A DNA stretch of 64,000 nucleotides from a virus (IMGVR_UViG_3300030329_003696:102834-166833), one strand, 5' to 3'. Shown: positions 29,877 to 41,747, numbered from the stretch's first letter. Notes: a model not told the origin generated them from the letters alone. Program-made: numbers and translations.

Positions 29877-32546
29877 ATGAAAGATAGATTATCAATACAT
29901 TTAGAAAACGGCCAATCTGAAATTTTTGAGGCTGTAACAGTACTGAGAAATGGTGGTACCGTTAGTCAGTCCGGACTAGTTGGTATAACAAACAAGAAAC
30001 GCACCAATTCAGGTTCTGACCCACACCTACCAGAGACCATCTTTAACGTTCAGTCTACTGGAGATTCAAACATAAGATTTTCAAGCGGCCCCTCTAAAGA
30101 CTATAGGAGTAGTATAGAGCTTATGGGTATGGGAAATACTAGAGCTTCAGGCTTGCATATTTCTTATGACCCCCAAAACGACGACGCTTTTATAGCGAGA
30201 GATGGATATTACGACTATACTGATCTGTGTGTCGAAGCCAATGGTTCCGACAATGTTGTAGCTGATTTTTCTTTAATCAGATCTAGTGGGTGTTGTGGAA
30301 TGGAGTTTTCCCATATATCTATGTCTGAACGCGGATATGTAGGTATTGGGGTCACCAGAAGACACAAAGAAAGATTATGGTCTCCAAACTCACCATTAAC
30401 GGTGGCGTACTGGTGTGACGATATGTGTGATAGCGGCACTATATCCATGCATGAACAAGCCTGTAAGCCAATGATCAATGATGACTACGGTAAAATATAT
30501 GTAAAGCCTTGGACAGAGGTTCCCGGTCATACACAAGCATTGTTTTTTGTAGACGACGAAGGTAAAGAAACAAACCTTATAAAGAAACAAGATATATCAC
30601 AATTGGATTCAAAAGACGGATTAATCTTTGGTGATAACTGTAATACCTATGGCGGCTGGACGACCCCCAAAGAAAGAGCTTACGATAGCGATAAACATGC
30701 AAACACTTATTACGGTTGGGGGGCTGGATTTAATCTTTCCGATGATGGAACCGTTGAGTGTAACACCTTAGTTGGTTGTAGTACAGGTAGTGGGCTAACA
30801 CCATCAAACTCAAACGACAATACGGTTGTTGGCTGTAAAAGTCTTACTGGCTGGACATCTGCTGAAAGAAATACTATAATTGGGTCTAGAATTGCTACCG
30901 GTGGCAACGGTAATTTTGGAGGGATGGATGACTGTATTCTTTTAGGTAGAAGCTTATTTCAAAACAATTTACCCCAAGATGGCACTTTAGCAATAGGTAT
31001 TGGCTCAACCCCAATAATATCCGGAAGTTTAATAAACGATAGGCAGTTTTCATTATCCAATGCTCGCCTATCCATATTCAATGGCGATGTTAACTTCTCA
31101 GTTAAAAACGTTGTGTCGGCAGGCTCTGACGATTCTGTTATTGATATAATTGACTCTACAAGAGAAGGTAGTTTTTATTCTAGAAGTAACTTATCTTTTG
31201 ATTTTTCAAACGCGGACTCCCTAACTAATAAATTATTTGTATTAGACCCTAATGGCTGTGTACTAACAAATATACCTAATTATGCCACCCCAACTGATTG
31301 TGCTCCGTTTGCAGAGCTTAACGGGGATCTCAAACTTAGGGGTGCTGTTAGATTTCAAGATGGCACTTCCTTGTCTGGGTTGGCAGAATTTGAACTAGTT
31401 CCATCTTTCGGTACATCTGGGGTTAGCAAGAATTTTATCACCGACATAAACAAAAATGCATATGTGCTAGATTACTCAGAACTAGAACTTGCTGGTAATG
31501 TTTCTAGCAATATTAGAACGGATAACACATTTGTTGCGGTACAGCTAGACGGCACCAATTCTTCCAACGTCGGTAAAATGTCACTACAGGGACTTGCAGA
31601 TTACGTTAGCAGCGGCACAAGCTCTATTGCGGAAAACTGTAATATCCTCATAGCAAATCCAGAAGCTGAATTAAATGTAAATACTGGCGGAATTTCAAGG
31701 TCGGTTATGATAGGCTGCGATGTTGCACAGTTTGCGTCTGGGTGGAAGAACGCAGTGATACTCGGTGCCGATGCTGGAAGCAATGCAACGACAACCAATA
31801 ATAGTCTTAATATAGACAAGCCGGTTATCTTCATAGGGCATAGAGCTGGAAACAACGCTGATGATATAACGCACGCTGTATTTATAGGTGAGGACGCCGG
31901 TAGAAACTCTGAAGCTAACGAGTCTGTTTTCATAGGATTAAATGCTGGCGAAGATTCACACTCAGAAAAATCTATAGGTATAGGAACTTTTGCTCTAGCA
32001 GGAATGGCTGGAACGCAATGTAAAAATAATATAGAAATAATTACCGGATTATCAGATAGCGAGAGGCTTCTGCATAAATCTAGAATAACAGACAACACGA
32101 GCAATAAACTAGTTATACAGAAAATGATTGCCGGTGATCACGGCAAGAGGAATGTATCGGTTGGTGATGCAATATTAGATCCGGACGCACCCCTTTCTGT
32201 TAGAAGGGATAGTATTGTTCATGTTGGGAATGGAAATAATTATATACAGACTTGGTACTGTGATGACACCCTAGTCGCCTCTATTGATTGCGACGGGAAT
32301 TTTGACACCGCTGGTAATAGTAATATTGTTGAGGGTCTTCTAAAATCCCCCGGTATGTCTTCCCCCTCAAACTCTGCGACTGGGGTTGAAGAAGCTATAA
32401 TAGAGGTCTATAAAGACGGAGCCTTTACGGGAGAGGAACTTACTATACACAATAGAGACGCGAGCCTTACCGCCGCAGGTGGCGTGTTTATTGTAGTTCA
32501 AAAAATAGGTTCCGAATACAGACCCATCTGGGTTGGTTGTTCATAG
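29877..32546 (+). CDS. Fibre/spike-like protein
   Basis: Repeated (V)FIG..AG beta-helix-type repeats. Confidence 0.6.
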   Translation: MKDRLSIHLENGQSEIFEAVTVLRNGGTVSQSGLVGITNKKRTNSGSDPHLPETIFNVQSTGDSNIRFSSGPSKDYRSSIELMGMGNTRASGLHISYDPQNDDAFIARDGYYDYTDLCVEANGSDNVVADFSLIRSSGCCGMEFSHISMSERGYVGIGVTRRHKERLWSPNSPLTVAYWCDDMCDSGTISMHEQACKPMINDDYGKIYVKPWTEVPGHTQALFFVDDEGKETNLIKKQDISQLDSKDGLIFGDNCNTYGGWTTPKERAYDSDKHANTYYGWGAGFNLSDDGTVECNTLVGCSTGSGLTPSNSNDNTVVGCKSLTGWTSAERNTIIGSRIATGGNGNFGGMDDCILLGRSLFQNNLPQDGTLAIGIGSTPIISGSLINDRQFSLSNARLSIFNGDVNFSVKNVVSAGSDDSVIDIIDSTREGSFYSRSNLSFDFSNADSLTNKLFVLDPNGCVLTNIPNYATPTDCAPFAELNGDLKLRGAVRFQDGTSLSGLAEFELVPSFGTSGVSKNFITDINKNAYVLDYSELELAGNVSSNIRTDNTFVAVQLDGTNSSNVGKMSLQGLADYVSSGTSSIAENCNILIANPEAELNVNTGGISRSVMIGCDVAQFASGWKNAVILGADAGSNATTTNNSLNIDKPVIFIGHRAGNNADDITHAVFIGEDAGRNSEANESVFIGLNAGEDSHSEKSIGIGTFALAGMAGTQCKNNIEIITGLSDSERLLHKSRITDNTSNKLVIQKMIAGDHGKRNVSVGDAILDPDAPLSVRRDSIVHVGNGNNYIQTWYCDDTLVASIDCDGNFDTAGNSNIVEGLLKSPGMSSPSNSATGVEEAIIEVYKDGAFTGEELTIHNRDASLTAAGGVFIVVQKIGSEYRPIWVGCS

Positions 32547-32556
32547 GGAGGGCAAA

Positions 32557-35500
32557 ATGGGAAGACCTATAGTTTGCAACACCTGTTGCCCATCTGACGA
32601 TCCCCCACCACCAACAGACTGTTTTGGTGCGATAGGTGTCGTGTTTATGGACGAGTCTGACATGGCCAGCCGCCAAGCAGAACATGTTGCCGCTTTGCAG
32701 GAAAAAATAGATAAATATTTGAGAGCATTTCCTGATAGACTAATCTTTTTTATGGATGTTGAACCGGGCAGATGGGGAAGTATGGACTATAATGAGTGGC
32801 CCCAATTTGTAAGCTCAGATAGATGCTATTCACTAAGACTAGAGTATGAAGCTGGTCTTTCCGTACCCCAGTATATCAAGAGGGATAGTACTGGCTTTGT
32901 TTCTGACGTTTATGACTATATCGTAGAAATAGTTACCAACAGCTCCAAAAGTACAGACGAAGTTAGAGAAATTTGGAACACATCTACAGAAGTTAGCGTG
33001 TTTAGAGACAACTCTGGTAGTATGTTCGCCTCTCACGTCCAAAAAACCCATGACAAATTTGACACAGACTTACAATCCAATGGTAAGCACATAGTATCCA
33101 GTGAATCCAATGGTAATGAAGACTTTATCTGCCCTTTTGTTTTTGAGCAATGCTGTATCAATCAAGATGCGGCAGATCTATTGAAAATATGTTTGGATGT
33201 GGAATGTACACCAGCAGAACTTCGCTTTTTAAAAGACCCCAATAACATCTTTGTTATAGATGACCCTTGCGACTCTTTACTGCTCGATAATACAGCTGAA
33301 GCGTGTGATAATTGTCCAGAGGTGCGACCCGATAACCACGAGGTTAAGTATACAGCCGCTGCTGTACAATCGGACGGAGCTACATTAAACCACATTGATG
33401 TAGATTACTATCTTCAATACAGAGATTCCGAAGACGATAACTTTGTAGACTTATACGATCTTCCTAACGATAAAGGGGGTGTCGAACAAACTCTTGATGT
33501 ACTTCTTAGAAAATTCATATGCAAGGATGATGGCGGCGGTGCTAGCAGTACCGTGGGTGGTACTACCGGCTGGAAGCTTGTTGATACTAAAGTGGGCGAT
33601 GATTATGGGGGCACTAGTTACAATCCAGAGGGCTTTGGATTTTGTATAGATATATCCGCAGACGGTGAATATATTGTTGTTGGTCCTTCTCGCAATCCGC
33701 AATCCGTTCTACCTGATGGAAAACAGGGCAAGATTGTTACCTTTAGAAGAGAAGTGTTTTATGGTCCGGATATCGGCTTCGGTGATTCTTTACCCCAAGT
33801 TCGCTACAATCTCCTAAACACACTCGATATTGAAGATATGGAGTTAGTAAATACAATAACTAAGCACCATAGTCGGAATGATATAACCATAACACCGGAT
33901 GGACGGACAATGGTATTTTCTTGTCACGGTCTCGGTCCCGCTCATTCAGACTCCTTTTTCAATGGTGAGTTTTTCACTAAAGCTGTTGGTAAGACTTTTG
34001 TTTATGACCTACTTATAAATAAGAATGTTGAACCGCACACTGGAACTTGGGTTCAAAGAGGTTCTGCTATCACTTGGGATGATATAGGTATAGGAGGATC
34101 TGGTGGATCAGTAGAAATCTCTGTAATCAGAGAGGACGGTAAAATCAAGTCCATCGGTGACACTGTATTAGTTTGCCCATCAAATGATGGCAACCGGAGC
34201 CACAATAACATTGCGGCTAGGGTTTTTAGCTGGAACGGCACAGCTTGGATTCAGAAAGGTCAGGATCTCGTAATACCAGGCCTTCCATCTGAACCCTTAA
34301 TTAACGGTACACAGAAATTTGTGTTTGACAGTGCGATGTCTGACGATGGCTCAGTAATAGCTTTATCAGAGATAGTTCACAACACTAGGGGTATTGTTCG
34401 CGTTTATGAATATAACACTTCGACATCCCAGTGGGATATTAGACATGATTTTGTCGGTGAAAAAGGACAGCATATTGGTTCCGCTATCGGTATGTCTACG
34501 GATGGTACTAGGGTCGCGTTTTTTGGATACGAGGGCAATCCAAGTGTAACTTCAGCAAATCTGTCCGATATTTCAATTGGAGATTTCACATTTACTGCAT
34601 ATGACTGGAATGGTTCTTCTTACACACAGGTTGGCAATACTATTAAATTTGCTAGAAGCAATGCCAATTTACTGCATAGCGGTCAGCAACCACAAATAGA
34701 TTTTGCTGATAAAGATATCGTCGCCCTTAATGTGCAACTCGATAAAGACATGTCTCCTTCAAGTACAAGCAAAACGATTGTTTTTAAGTTGATTGGAAAC
34801 ACTTGGGTACAGCAGGGGGGTGACTTTCTAGCCGGTACCGATAATAATATAAGTTCGTTTGGAACGGGCACATCAATATCTAGGACTGGATTTATTTTTG
34901 ACGGGGAACACTTTGGGCACACCTTAGTCTTCGGAGACCACCAGCATGATGGGAACAATGGAAAAATTTACATTTACATGGGAAAGGGTAATTTTATTCC
35001 CCCTGATGACGATAATGAATGTGAAAAAGTGTCCTGTCATCCGCTTATTTCTGAGATGGGAAATCCACCATCTTCTTGCGATGCCTTTACAGATCAAAAC
35101 ATTGGTAATGGGTGTGCAATAAGGTTATTTAACAGAGAATTTAGAATAAGAGCTAGTAATGATAGCCTAACAACAGTGTTCTCAAAGACGTTTAAATTAT
35201 ACCGATATTTAGGCACTGAGGATAAACCGCCAAATCCGCCTTCAGGTTCCGGAAAATGGATTGAATTGGGACCACTGGGCAGTTCCTATCCAGCCCAACC
35301 ATACGAGACCGGTAAAGATTGGAACTATACGGGTGGAGCAACAAGGCTTGATCCTTTTGGAGTTAAAATGATATCAGGTCTTCCTACCGACCCAACCGTT
35401 AACAAGGGTCACATCGAGGTTTATACTTCAATGTCACCTGAAGACCCTGTTCTTAGTCTTGCTTTTTCAAACCAGGGTTCGGAAAACGAATTCAATGCGG

Positions 35501-36759
35501 CTAAGTATGTGGCATTTGCTTCGTCAGAGTCAGCTCCATTTGGTTTACATAGAAACCAATTTAAACACTGGATAGGCAGCACAACCTTTGCATATACATA
35601 CCCGGGGGTGCTTGGAGGTACATCGAGAAGAGATTCTGATGACCCAGTTGTGATAATTGTTCAGCACGCAACCAGAACACTCAATGAGCATCAATTACCT
35701 CTTGAGATTCCCGCTTTCTTACTTAGTTTTATAGGTCAACCGTTTAACACTATTGCAAATAGGCCCGATGGACTAACCCCTTCATTCATAGCATCTAACA
35801 ATCTTGAGGGAACTCTTCCAATACGGTGGGGTGCTGAGTTTGCCCTAGATGGTGATGGCGACACAATGATTGTTAGTGACCCTTATGGTCAAACTGGCGA
35901 GGAAGATTGTGGAAGAGTTTGGATCTATAGGTTTAGGTATGATTATATAATAGATGGAAGACCGCCTAAAGTTGAAGCAATAGCAACCTTTGCTGGGGAA
36001 AATGAGCTTGGTCTTATTGTTTCACCCCAGATAAGCGAGGATGGTTCTATTATTGGTTGGGTTGAACCAGGTGGGGGCGACACTGGGGCCATAACTGGTA
36101 ATGTCAGGATATACAAAGATACTACAGGTTCTCCACTCTGGAAAGGCACTCAGCGTCCAGTCCTTCCTAATTATGTTGAAAGACCAATATTTAACCTTGA
36201 TACTCCAGCAGTCTCATCAACAAATAAAAGCATATATAAAATGAGACTTAGTAACGACGGTGATACTTTTATTATTTCCGGTGGAACTCTTTCTGAATCT
36301 TGGGTTAAAGTGTTTACTTGGGATGGTACCAAGTATATGCAGAAGGGTCAAACATTCACTGGTTGCGGTGCGGGCTGGGATATATCAATCAGTGCTGACG
36401 GCCAAACGATTGCATACTCTACACATGAGGCAAATCCAGAATTACCACCTAGAGGAGCTGGATGTTCAAATGATGACCACGGATCTGTTTACGTTTACAG
36501 CTGGAATGGCAGTGCTTGGAATCAAGTTGGACAAACTATCACTTCAACCAATACAGAGGGGACAGATCGCGTTGGCAATATAACAAACTTCTACCGTTTT
36601 GGCAATCGAATTCAACTAGTCAAAACGCAGTTTGGACGATCAGACATGGGAATCCCAAAAGATAGAATGAGGCTTTTAGTGTGGGCCTTTACTAATCCTC
36701 ACCACAGCCCGTCAAGCCACGACAGCCGCTACTTCTTGCATGAGTTTATACCAGAATAG
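32557..36759 (+). CDS. Large adhesin-like virion protein with beta-propeller repeats and possible vWA-like N-terminus
   Basis: Repeated W.Q.G..I and S.DG..IA; FRDNSGSM. Confidence 0.6.
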   Translation: MGRPIVCNTCCPSDDPPPPTDCFGAIGVVFMDESDMASRQAEHVAALQEKIDKYLRAFPDRLIFFMDVEPGRWGSMDYNEWPQFVSSDRCYSLRLEYEAGLSVPQYIKRDSTGFVSDVYDYIVEIVTNSSKSTDEVREIWNTSTEVSVFRDNSGSMFASHVQKTHDKFDTDLQSNGKHIVSSESNGNEDFICPFVFEQCCINQDAADLLKICLDVECTPAELRFLKDPNNIFVIDDPCDSLLLDNTAEACDNCPEVRPDNHEVKYTAAAVQSDGATLNHIDVDYYLQYRDSEDDNFVDLYDLPNDKGGVEQTLDVLLRKFICKDDGGGASSTVGGTTGWKLVDTKVGDDYGGTSYNPEGFGFCIDISADGEYIVVGPSRNPQSVLPDGKQGKIVTFRREVFYGPDIGFGDSLPQVRYNLLNTLDIEDMELVNTITKHHSRNDITITPDGRTMVFSCHGLGPAHSDSFFNGEFFTKAVGKTFVYDLLINKNVEPHTGTWVQRGSAITWDDIGIGGSGGSVEISVIREDGKIKSIGDTVLVCPSNDGNRSHNNIAARVFSWNGTAWIQKGQDLVIPGLPSEPLINGTQKFVFDSAMSDDGSVIALSEIVHNTRGIVRVYEYNTSTSQWDIRHDFVGEKGQHIGSAIGMSTDGTRVAFFGYEGNPSVTSANLSDISIGDFTFTAYDWNGSSYTQVGNTIKFARSNANLLHSGQQPQIDFADKDIVALNVQLDKDMSPSSTSKTIVFKLIGNTWVQQGGDFLAGTDNNISSFGTGTSISRTGFIFDGEHFGHTLVFGDHQHDGNNGKIYIYMGKGNFIPPDDDNECEKVSCHPLISEMGNPPSSCDAFTDQNIGNGCAIRLFNREFRIRASNDSLTTVFSKTFKLYRYLGTEDKPPNPPSGSGKWIELGPLGSSYPAQPYETGKDWNYTGGATRLDPFGVKMISGLPTDPTVNKGHIEVYTSMSPEDPVLSLAFSNQGSENEFNAAKYVAFASSESAPFGLHRNQFKHWIGSTTFAYTYPGVLGGTSRRDSDDPVVIIVQHATRTLNEHQLPLEIPAFLLSFIGQPFNTIANRPDGLTPSFIASNNLEGTLPIRWGAEFALDGDGDTMIVSDPYGQTGEEDCGRVWIYRFRYDYIIDGRPPKVEAIATFAGENELGLIVSPQISEDGSIIGWVEPGGGDTGAITGNVRIYKDTTGSPLWKGTQRPVLPNYVERPIFNLDTPAVSSTNKSIYKMRLSNDGDTFIISGGTLSESWVKVFTWDGTKYMQKGQTFTGCGAGWDISISADGQTIAYSTHEANPELPPRGAGCSNDDHGSVYVYSWNGSAWNQVGQTITSTNTEGTDRVGNITNFYRFGNRIQLVKTQFGRSDMGIPKDRMRLLVWAFTNPHHSPSSHDSRYFLHEFIPE

Positions 36760-36767
36760 GAATAGAT

Positions 36768-38462
36768 ATGTTTAAAATAGCAGACAGAGTGAAAGAATCT
36801 ACATTATCAACCGGTACCGGTTCGGTTGTATTGGCCGGTGCGTATGCCGGTTTTGACTCTTTTGCTAACGGTATCGGAGATGGAAACACTACCTATTACA
36901 CTATAGAAAACTTTAACAGGTGGGAAGTTGGTATAGGTACATACACAGCATCAACAAGCTCTCTTTCTAGAGACGTTGTGTTAAAAAGCTCTTCCGGTGC
37001 GGGGATTAAGATAAACCTAGAGGGATCTTCTATCGTATTTTGTACCCTCCCAGCAGACAGAGCTTTTATCAAAAATCCAGACAACGACATTGAATCCTTG
37101 AGTGGTGTGTTATCCGAAAGCGGTATCTTCAATAAGCTTATAGTAAAGGATGACCTAACCGTAAATGATTCTATTGATGTAAATTCCTTATCAGCCACTG
37201 GTATCTCAACAGAGTCTATAAATATAAGTGCTCACACCGAGACAGAAAGCCTTGCGGTAAAAAATGACACGTTGGTTTCTGGTCTTCTAACACTAGCCCC
37301 ACCAGATGACTCCGGTTGTTTTATACATGCTTACCGTAGTACACTAAATGACAAAACGGTAGCGTTACATATGAATAACGCTTCTTCCCCACTTTGGAAG
37401 CTTGGGTTAAAATCTAATAATAACCACAAATCGGACGCCCCAGATCATGGATATGTTTATGGTATAGATGGTTCTGCTGGTGTTGCCGTAAATAATAACA
37501 ATTATACAGAGATGTCTTCGTCTGCTGGGCTTTTTACCTATCATGACTCACATGTATTATTAAGGGCCAGTTCTGCAACCGGTGTCTATATAGATGGAAA
37601 AACCGCAGCTTATCCTGTCCTTACGGTTCAGGGTGCTGCCGGTCAATCTGAAGACCTCCAAAGATGGGAAACTAGTGCAGGCATAATTTGTGCCCAGATA
37701 ACTAATAACGGAGATTTCTTAACCAGTGGAGATATTACTTCTGCTAGTGGTCAAATATTTCTTCAGGGTGGAGGTAGTCCGGTTAGTGGACCCACTTTAT
37801 GTTTCACTGGAAGTAGCAACAGACGCTTGGGTTTTTATGAAAAGCAGTCTGATGAACAACTATCATTTTGTGCTGCTGGTCGTAATAAAATTATATTTGG
37901 AACTGATCGTCTTCACGTGAATAATGAGGCTTATATTGGGTGGTCTAGCAGTCTTGTTGGCGAAGCTGAAGATTCTTCAGATTTGAACCTAAGAAAATAC
38001 GCCTCCGGTGTAATGTCTGTCCACATCACTAAAGGTTCTACTAATAACTTAGGAGAAATACTCGCTAGTGGATTAACTGCCAGCGGCGTGGAATTAGTAA
38101 ATCATGTACCTGTTTCAATTACAAACAGGCTTTATAACGATGGGGGCACACTTAAGTTTAATGGCTCTGCTGTAAGCAGTTCCAATAGAACACACAACAG
38201 CGTAACGTCTAACTTTTCTATGTCAGATAATTCTGACGTAGTATTTATGGATACATCCTCTTCACCCCTTAATGTTTACTTACCCACAGCCGTTGATCAG
38301 GGCGGTAAAGAACTTATAGTAAAGATGAAGGCGGGGTCAAACTCTGGCGTTTTGGTTGCTAGTGGATCTCAGACTATAGATGGAGAGTCACAATTTGCCC
38401 TAAAGTATGTCAACCAAAGCATTACACTAATCTCAGATAATTCAAATTGGTTCATTACTTAG
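36768..38462 (+). CDS. Tail fibre-like protein
   Basis: N-terminal ADRVKES...WEVGIGTY anchor; C-terminal LPTA...GSQTIDG...SDNSNWFI. Confidence 0.7.
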   Translation: MFKIADRVKESTLSTGTGSVVLAGAYAGFDSFANGIGDGNTTYYTIENFNRWEVGIGTYTASTSSLSRDVVLKSSSGAGIKINLEGSSIVFCTLPADRAFIKNPDNDIESLSGVLSESGIFNKLIVKDDLTVNDSIDVNSLSATGISTESINISAHTETESLAVKNDTLVSGLLTLAPPDDSGCFIHAYRSTLNDKTVALHMNNASSPLWKLGLKSNNNHKSDAPDHGYVYGIDGSAGVAVNNNNYTEMSSSAGLFTYHDSHVLLRASSATGVYIDGKTAAYPVLTVQGAAGQSEDLQRWETSAGIICAQITNNGDFLTSGDITSASGQIFLQGGGSPVSGPTLCFTGSSNRRLGFYEKQSDEQLSFCAAGRNKIIFGTDRLHVNNEAYIGWSSSLVGEAEDSSDLNLRKYASGVMSVHITKGSTNNLGEILASGLTASGVELVNHVPVSITNRLYNDGGTLKFNGSAVSSSNRTHNSVTSNFSMSDNSDVVFMDTSSSPLNVYLPTAVDQGGKELIVKMKAGSNSGVLVASGSQTIDGESQFALKYVNQSITLISDNSNWFIT

Positions 38463-38504
38463 TGTATAATACATTGATAAAACACTTTTCACGGGAGATA
38501 GAAA

Positions 38505-39965
38505 ATGTCATACCAACCATACGATAGAAATCCAAGCGGGATTGTATTTTTTGGAACCGACGAAACAGACCAAGTTTACGAATCCAATTCCGCCTTTACC
38601 ATAGGTGACGATACCCTCTCAGCGACCAATATTAAGGTTTCCGATGGCGGAAACATTGGTAGTGCAACGACAGCTAACGCTATAACTATCGCATCTAACG
38701 GAAAGATAACCCTAGCTGGAGATTTACAGGTTAATGGCACTACGACCACTGTTAGTACCACCAACACTGTAGTGTCTGACCTCTTGCTTGAGCTTGGAAA
38801 CGGTACAACAGGTTCAGCCTCCAATGATGCTGGTATTGTTATCGAAAGAGGTGATGACGCCAATGTGTTCATGGGGTTTGATGAATCTGCAAATAAGTTT
38901 ATTATGGGTAGTGGTGCATTTACCGGTGCTAGTACGGGAGACCTAACAATCAATACTGGTACCCTTGTCGCCAACCTTGAGGGCGACGTAACCGGTAATG
39001 CTGATACCGCCACACAGCTTGCAAGTGCAAGAAACTTTAGCATCATAGGCGGCGTTATGGCTGCTAGCGACGTTTCTTTTAATGGCAGTGCCGATGTTGA
39101 CTTGACAGTTACCGCTGCTAGTGGTCTGGTTATGAATCAGTCTACAGAAACATCAATTGCTGACGGCGACTTCTTGGTATTTTCAGATATTAACGATTCC
39201 CACAACCTTAAAAAGATCACTAAGGCAAATCTTGTTTCTGGGCTTGGTGGCGGCGGAGGCATGTCTAATTTTAATATCACTGACGGATCTACAAGTCAGC
39301 AAATTGATGACGGTGAAAATATCACTTTTACAGATGGTACTGGTGCTGAATTTGTTGTTAGTGCCACCAATACCGTTACGGTCAACAGCGTAGACAGCGA
39401 AATCGATCATGATGCATTATCTAATCATGAACCTAATGAACACATTGATCACACTTCGGTCACGATGACTGCTGGTAATGGTTTAACTGGTGGTGGTACA
39501 ATTGCTTCTACCAGAACTTTTGCTGTAGGTGCTGGCACTGGTATCACTGTTAATGCCGACGACGTTCAGATTTCCGATGGAGGTGTTGATACTCTTCAAC
39601 TTGCTGCCGACGCAGTAGATGGAACTAAAATCGAAGACGACGCAGTTGATAGCGAACATATCACAGACGGTGCCGTCGATGAAGTTCACAGAAATAGAAC
39701 TGTAGAAACGGACGCCACTACCACCCATAGTATAACTACAGACATTGTTTTGTGTAATGGCGGAGGAACCCCATTTACCGCCACACTACCTACGGCAGCG
39801 TCAGTAGCTGGGAAAATAGTCACGGTAAAAAATGTGGGCAACGACGCAATAACCGTTGTTGGTGATGGTTCTCAAACCATAGACGGTGCGGCAAGTTATA
39901 TACTCTACCATAGATACGAATCCGTAACAGTTGCTTCTGACGGATCTAATTGGATTATTATCTAA
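38505..39965 (+). CDS. Tail fibre-like protein
   Basis: DLQVNGTTTTV, DAGIVIERG, AGNGLTGGG; C-terminal domain shared with 36768. Confidence 0.7.
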   Translation: MSYQPYDRNPSGIVFFGTDETDQVYESNSAFTIGDDTLSATNIKVSDGGNIGSATTANAITIASNGKITLAGDLQVNGTTTTVSTTNTVVSDLLLELGNGTTGSASNDAGIVIERGDDANVFMGFDESANKFIMGSGAFTGASTGDLTINTGTLVANLEGDVTGNADTATQLASARNFSIIGGVMAASDVSFNGSADVDLTVTAASGLVMNQSTETSIADGDFLVFSDINDSHNLKKITKANLVSGLGGGGGMSNFNITDGSTSQQIDDGENITFTDGTGAEFVVSATNTVTVNSVDSEIDHDALSNHEPNEHIDHTSVTMTAGNGLTGGGTIASTRTFAVGAGTGITVNADDVQISDGGVDTLQLAADAVDGTKIEDDAVDSEHITDGAVDEVHRNRTVETDATTTHSITTDIVLCNGGGTPFTATLPTAASVAGKIVTVKNVGNDAITVVGDGSQTIDGAASYILYHRYESVTVASDGSNWIII

Positions 39966-39987
39966 CTAATTATTAGGAAACAAAGAT

Positions 39988-41325
39988 ATGGATTCTATTA
40001 CACTACAAACGCGAGACAATGCAATAGCCAGTGGTGACGTTATAGGTCGCCTCGGCTTTGCTGCGTCATCGGAATCAGACGGGACTAATGCTACACTCGT
40101 TGCAGCTAAAATAGAGACTAAGGCAGAAAAAACTTTCAGTGCTAGCGACAACGCCGCGAGCATGGTTTTTTATCTGGCCAACGATGGTGCAGCGGCTTCT
40201 AAGATGACTCTATCTCCTGCCGGTAATCTGACTGTGGCCGGTGACTTGCAGGCCGCTAACGGAACCCTGAGTGGACTTACGGTTGATTCAACCGGTGGTA
40301 TTAAAGTAAAAAATGGCGATACAAGTGCGGGCTTTATTGAGTTTTACGAAGACTCAGATAATGGTACTAATAAGGTGACCTTGATTGGACGAACGTCCAC
40401 AGGTAGCGACCTTACCGTTAGCTTGCCAGCTTACACCGGCACTTTAGTTTGTTCCGCTGGGACACATACAATAACAGCTTCTGCGGCTTCTGATACACCC
40501 CTTATAAACAAGGGGGAAAGTGGACAATCCGCTTCGCTGCAAGAGTGGCAGAACAACATTGCTACCAAACTCTTGGCAGTCGGACCCGATGGGGGATTAG
40601 AGCTTCCAGACAATACTCCGGATACCACCACTAACAAGCTATACAACGATGGCGGCACCCTTAAATTCAATGGCTCTGCTGTTGGTGGGGGGGGCGGCGT
40701 CGATGCTGCAAATGGTGTTGACAATAGGATTGCCACCTTCACAGATTCAGACAGCTTAAATGGTGAAGCCAACTTAACATTCGACGGATCGGCATTAACC
40801 TGCATAGGCACAATGACAGTTGGCGTTGACGACACGGGGCATGATGTAAAATTCTTTGGTGCTAGATCTGGTTCTTATGTAGAGTGGGATGAAAGCGAAA
40901 ACAGACTGCACTTAGTACAAGGAGCATATGTTAATCAGCCAGTTCCAGCTACCGGAAGCACGACAGAAAATGCTACACTAGAGATAGATCTAAGTAAGGG
41001 TAATTATTTCAATATACTGCTGGGTGACGACATAACAGCCGTCGAGTTTCAAAACGCAACAGTAGGGCAAAAGTTTATTATTCGATTTATTCAAGCCACC
41101 AGTGGGACTGGATGGGGAATAAGTTGGTCAACAGTGAGAATAGATGGAAGTACCGACGCTGAGTTAAAATGGGCTGGAAATATTGCACCAACGATGACTG
41201 GAAACGACGGAACTTCCCATGAGGGACATAAAGATGTCTATGGATTTTTATGCACGGCTACCGGAGGTAGTGACAATGATACTAAATTTGATGGCTTTAT
41301 CATAGGTCAGGACATACCAAACTAA
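39988..41325 (+). CDS. Tail fibre-like protein
   Basis: NGEANLTFDG, TVGVDDTGHDVKFFG and IDLSKGNYF modules. Confidence 0.7.
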   Translation: MDSITLQTRDNAIASGDVIGRLGFAASSESDGTNATLVAAKIETKAEKTFSASDNAASMVFYLANDGAAASKMTLSPAGNLTVAGDLQAANGTLSGLTVDSTGGIKVKNGDTSAGFIEFYEDSDNGTNKVTLIGRTSTGSDLTVSLPAYTGTLVCSAGTHTITASAASDTPLINKGESGQSASLQEWQNNIATKLLAVGPDGGLELPDNTPDTTTNKLYNDGGTLKFNGSAVGGGGGVDAANGVDNRIATFTDSDSLNGEANLTFDGSALTCIGTMTVGVDDTGHDVKFFGARSGSYVEWDESENRLHLVQGAYVNQPVPATGSTTENATLEIDLSKGNYFNILLGDDITAVEFQNATVGQKFIIRFIQATSGTGWGISWSTVRIDGSTDAELKWAGNIAPTMTGNDGTSHEGHKDVYGFLCTATGGSDNDTKFDGFIIGQDIPN

Positions 41326-41747
41326 TGGCTAGAAATTTAAGAGATCACGTTGTAGTCATAAGCTCGCTACAATGCCATAATGACGGCTCGGTCAGTGGTT
41401 CTGGCCCTAGCTATACAGTTACATATGACACCGGTGAGGATGTTAGTGATGCACAAATAGGTCACTATGTTTATATAGAAAAAAGAGAAGCTGGAGCCGG
41501 AGCTAGTAGTACAGTATTATCTACATATGTTTATGTTATAACGGGCAAGAATACTGGCGGCGGAGAAGAAATGGAACTGGGCGGGCAGCACGAGCTAACA
41601 CTTAAATACGTATATGATACAGCCGAAACTGGCGACGATTCCCCCGCTGACCTACCCAATGGTAGTGGGAGTTCTGGTTCTCCGGATAGAGCTGACCATA
41701 AAGTAGTTATGATATTAGGACCGGGTTTTGAGATGTTTATGGAGTAA
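41325..41747 (+). CDS. Hypothetical virion-associated protein
   Basis: Coupled ORF. Confidence 0.5.
   Translation: MARNLRDHVVVISSLQCHNDGSVSGSGPSYTVTYDTGEDVSDAQIGHYVYIEKREAGAGASSTVLSTYVYVITGKNTGGGEEMELGGQHELTLKYVYDTAETGDDSPADLPNGSGSSGSPDRADHKVVMILGPGFEMFME

Noticed and set aside
38133-40682. Diversity-generating retroelement TR/VR pair
   Set aside because: The repeat is only ~40 bp with synonymous, non-adenine-specific differences; no reverse transcriptase seen
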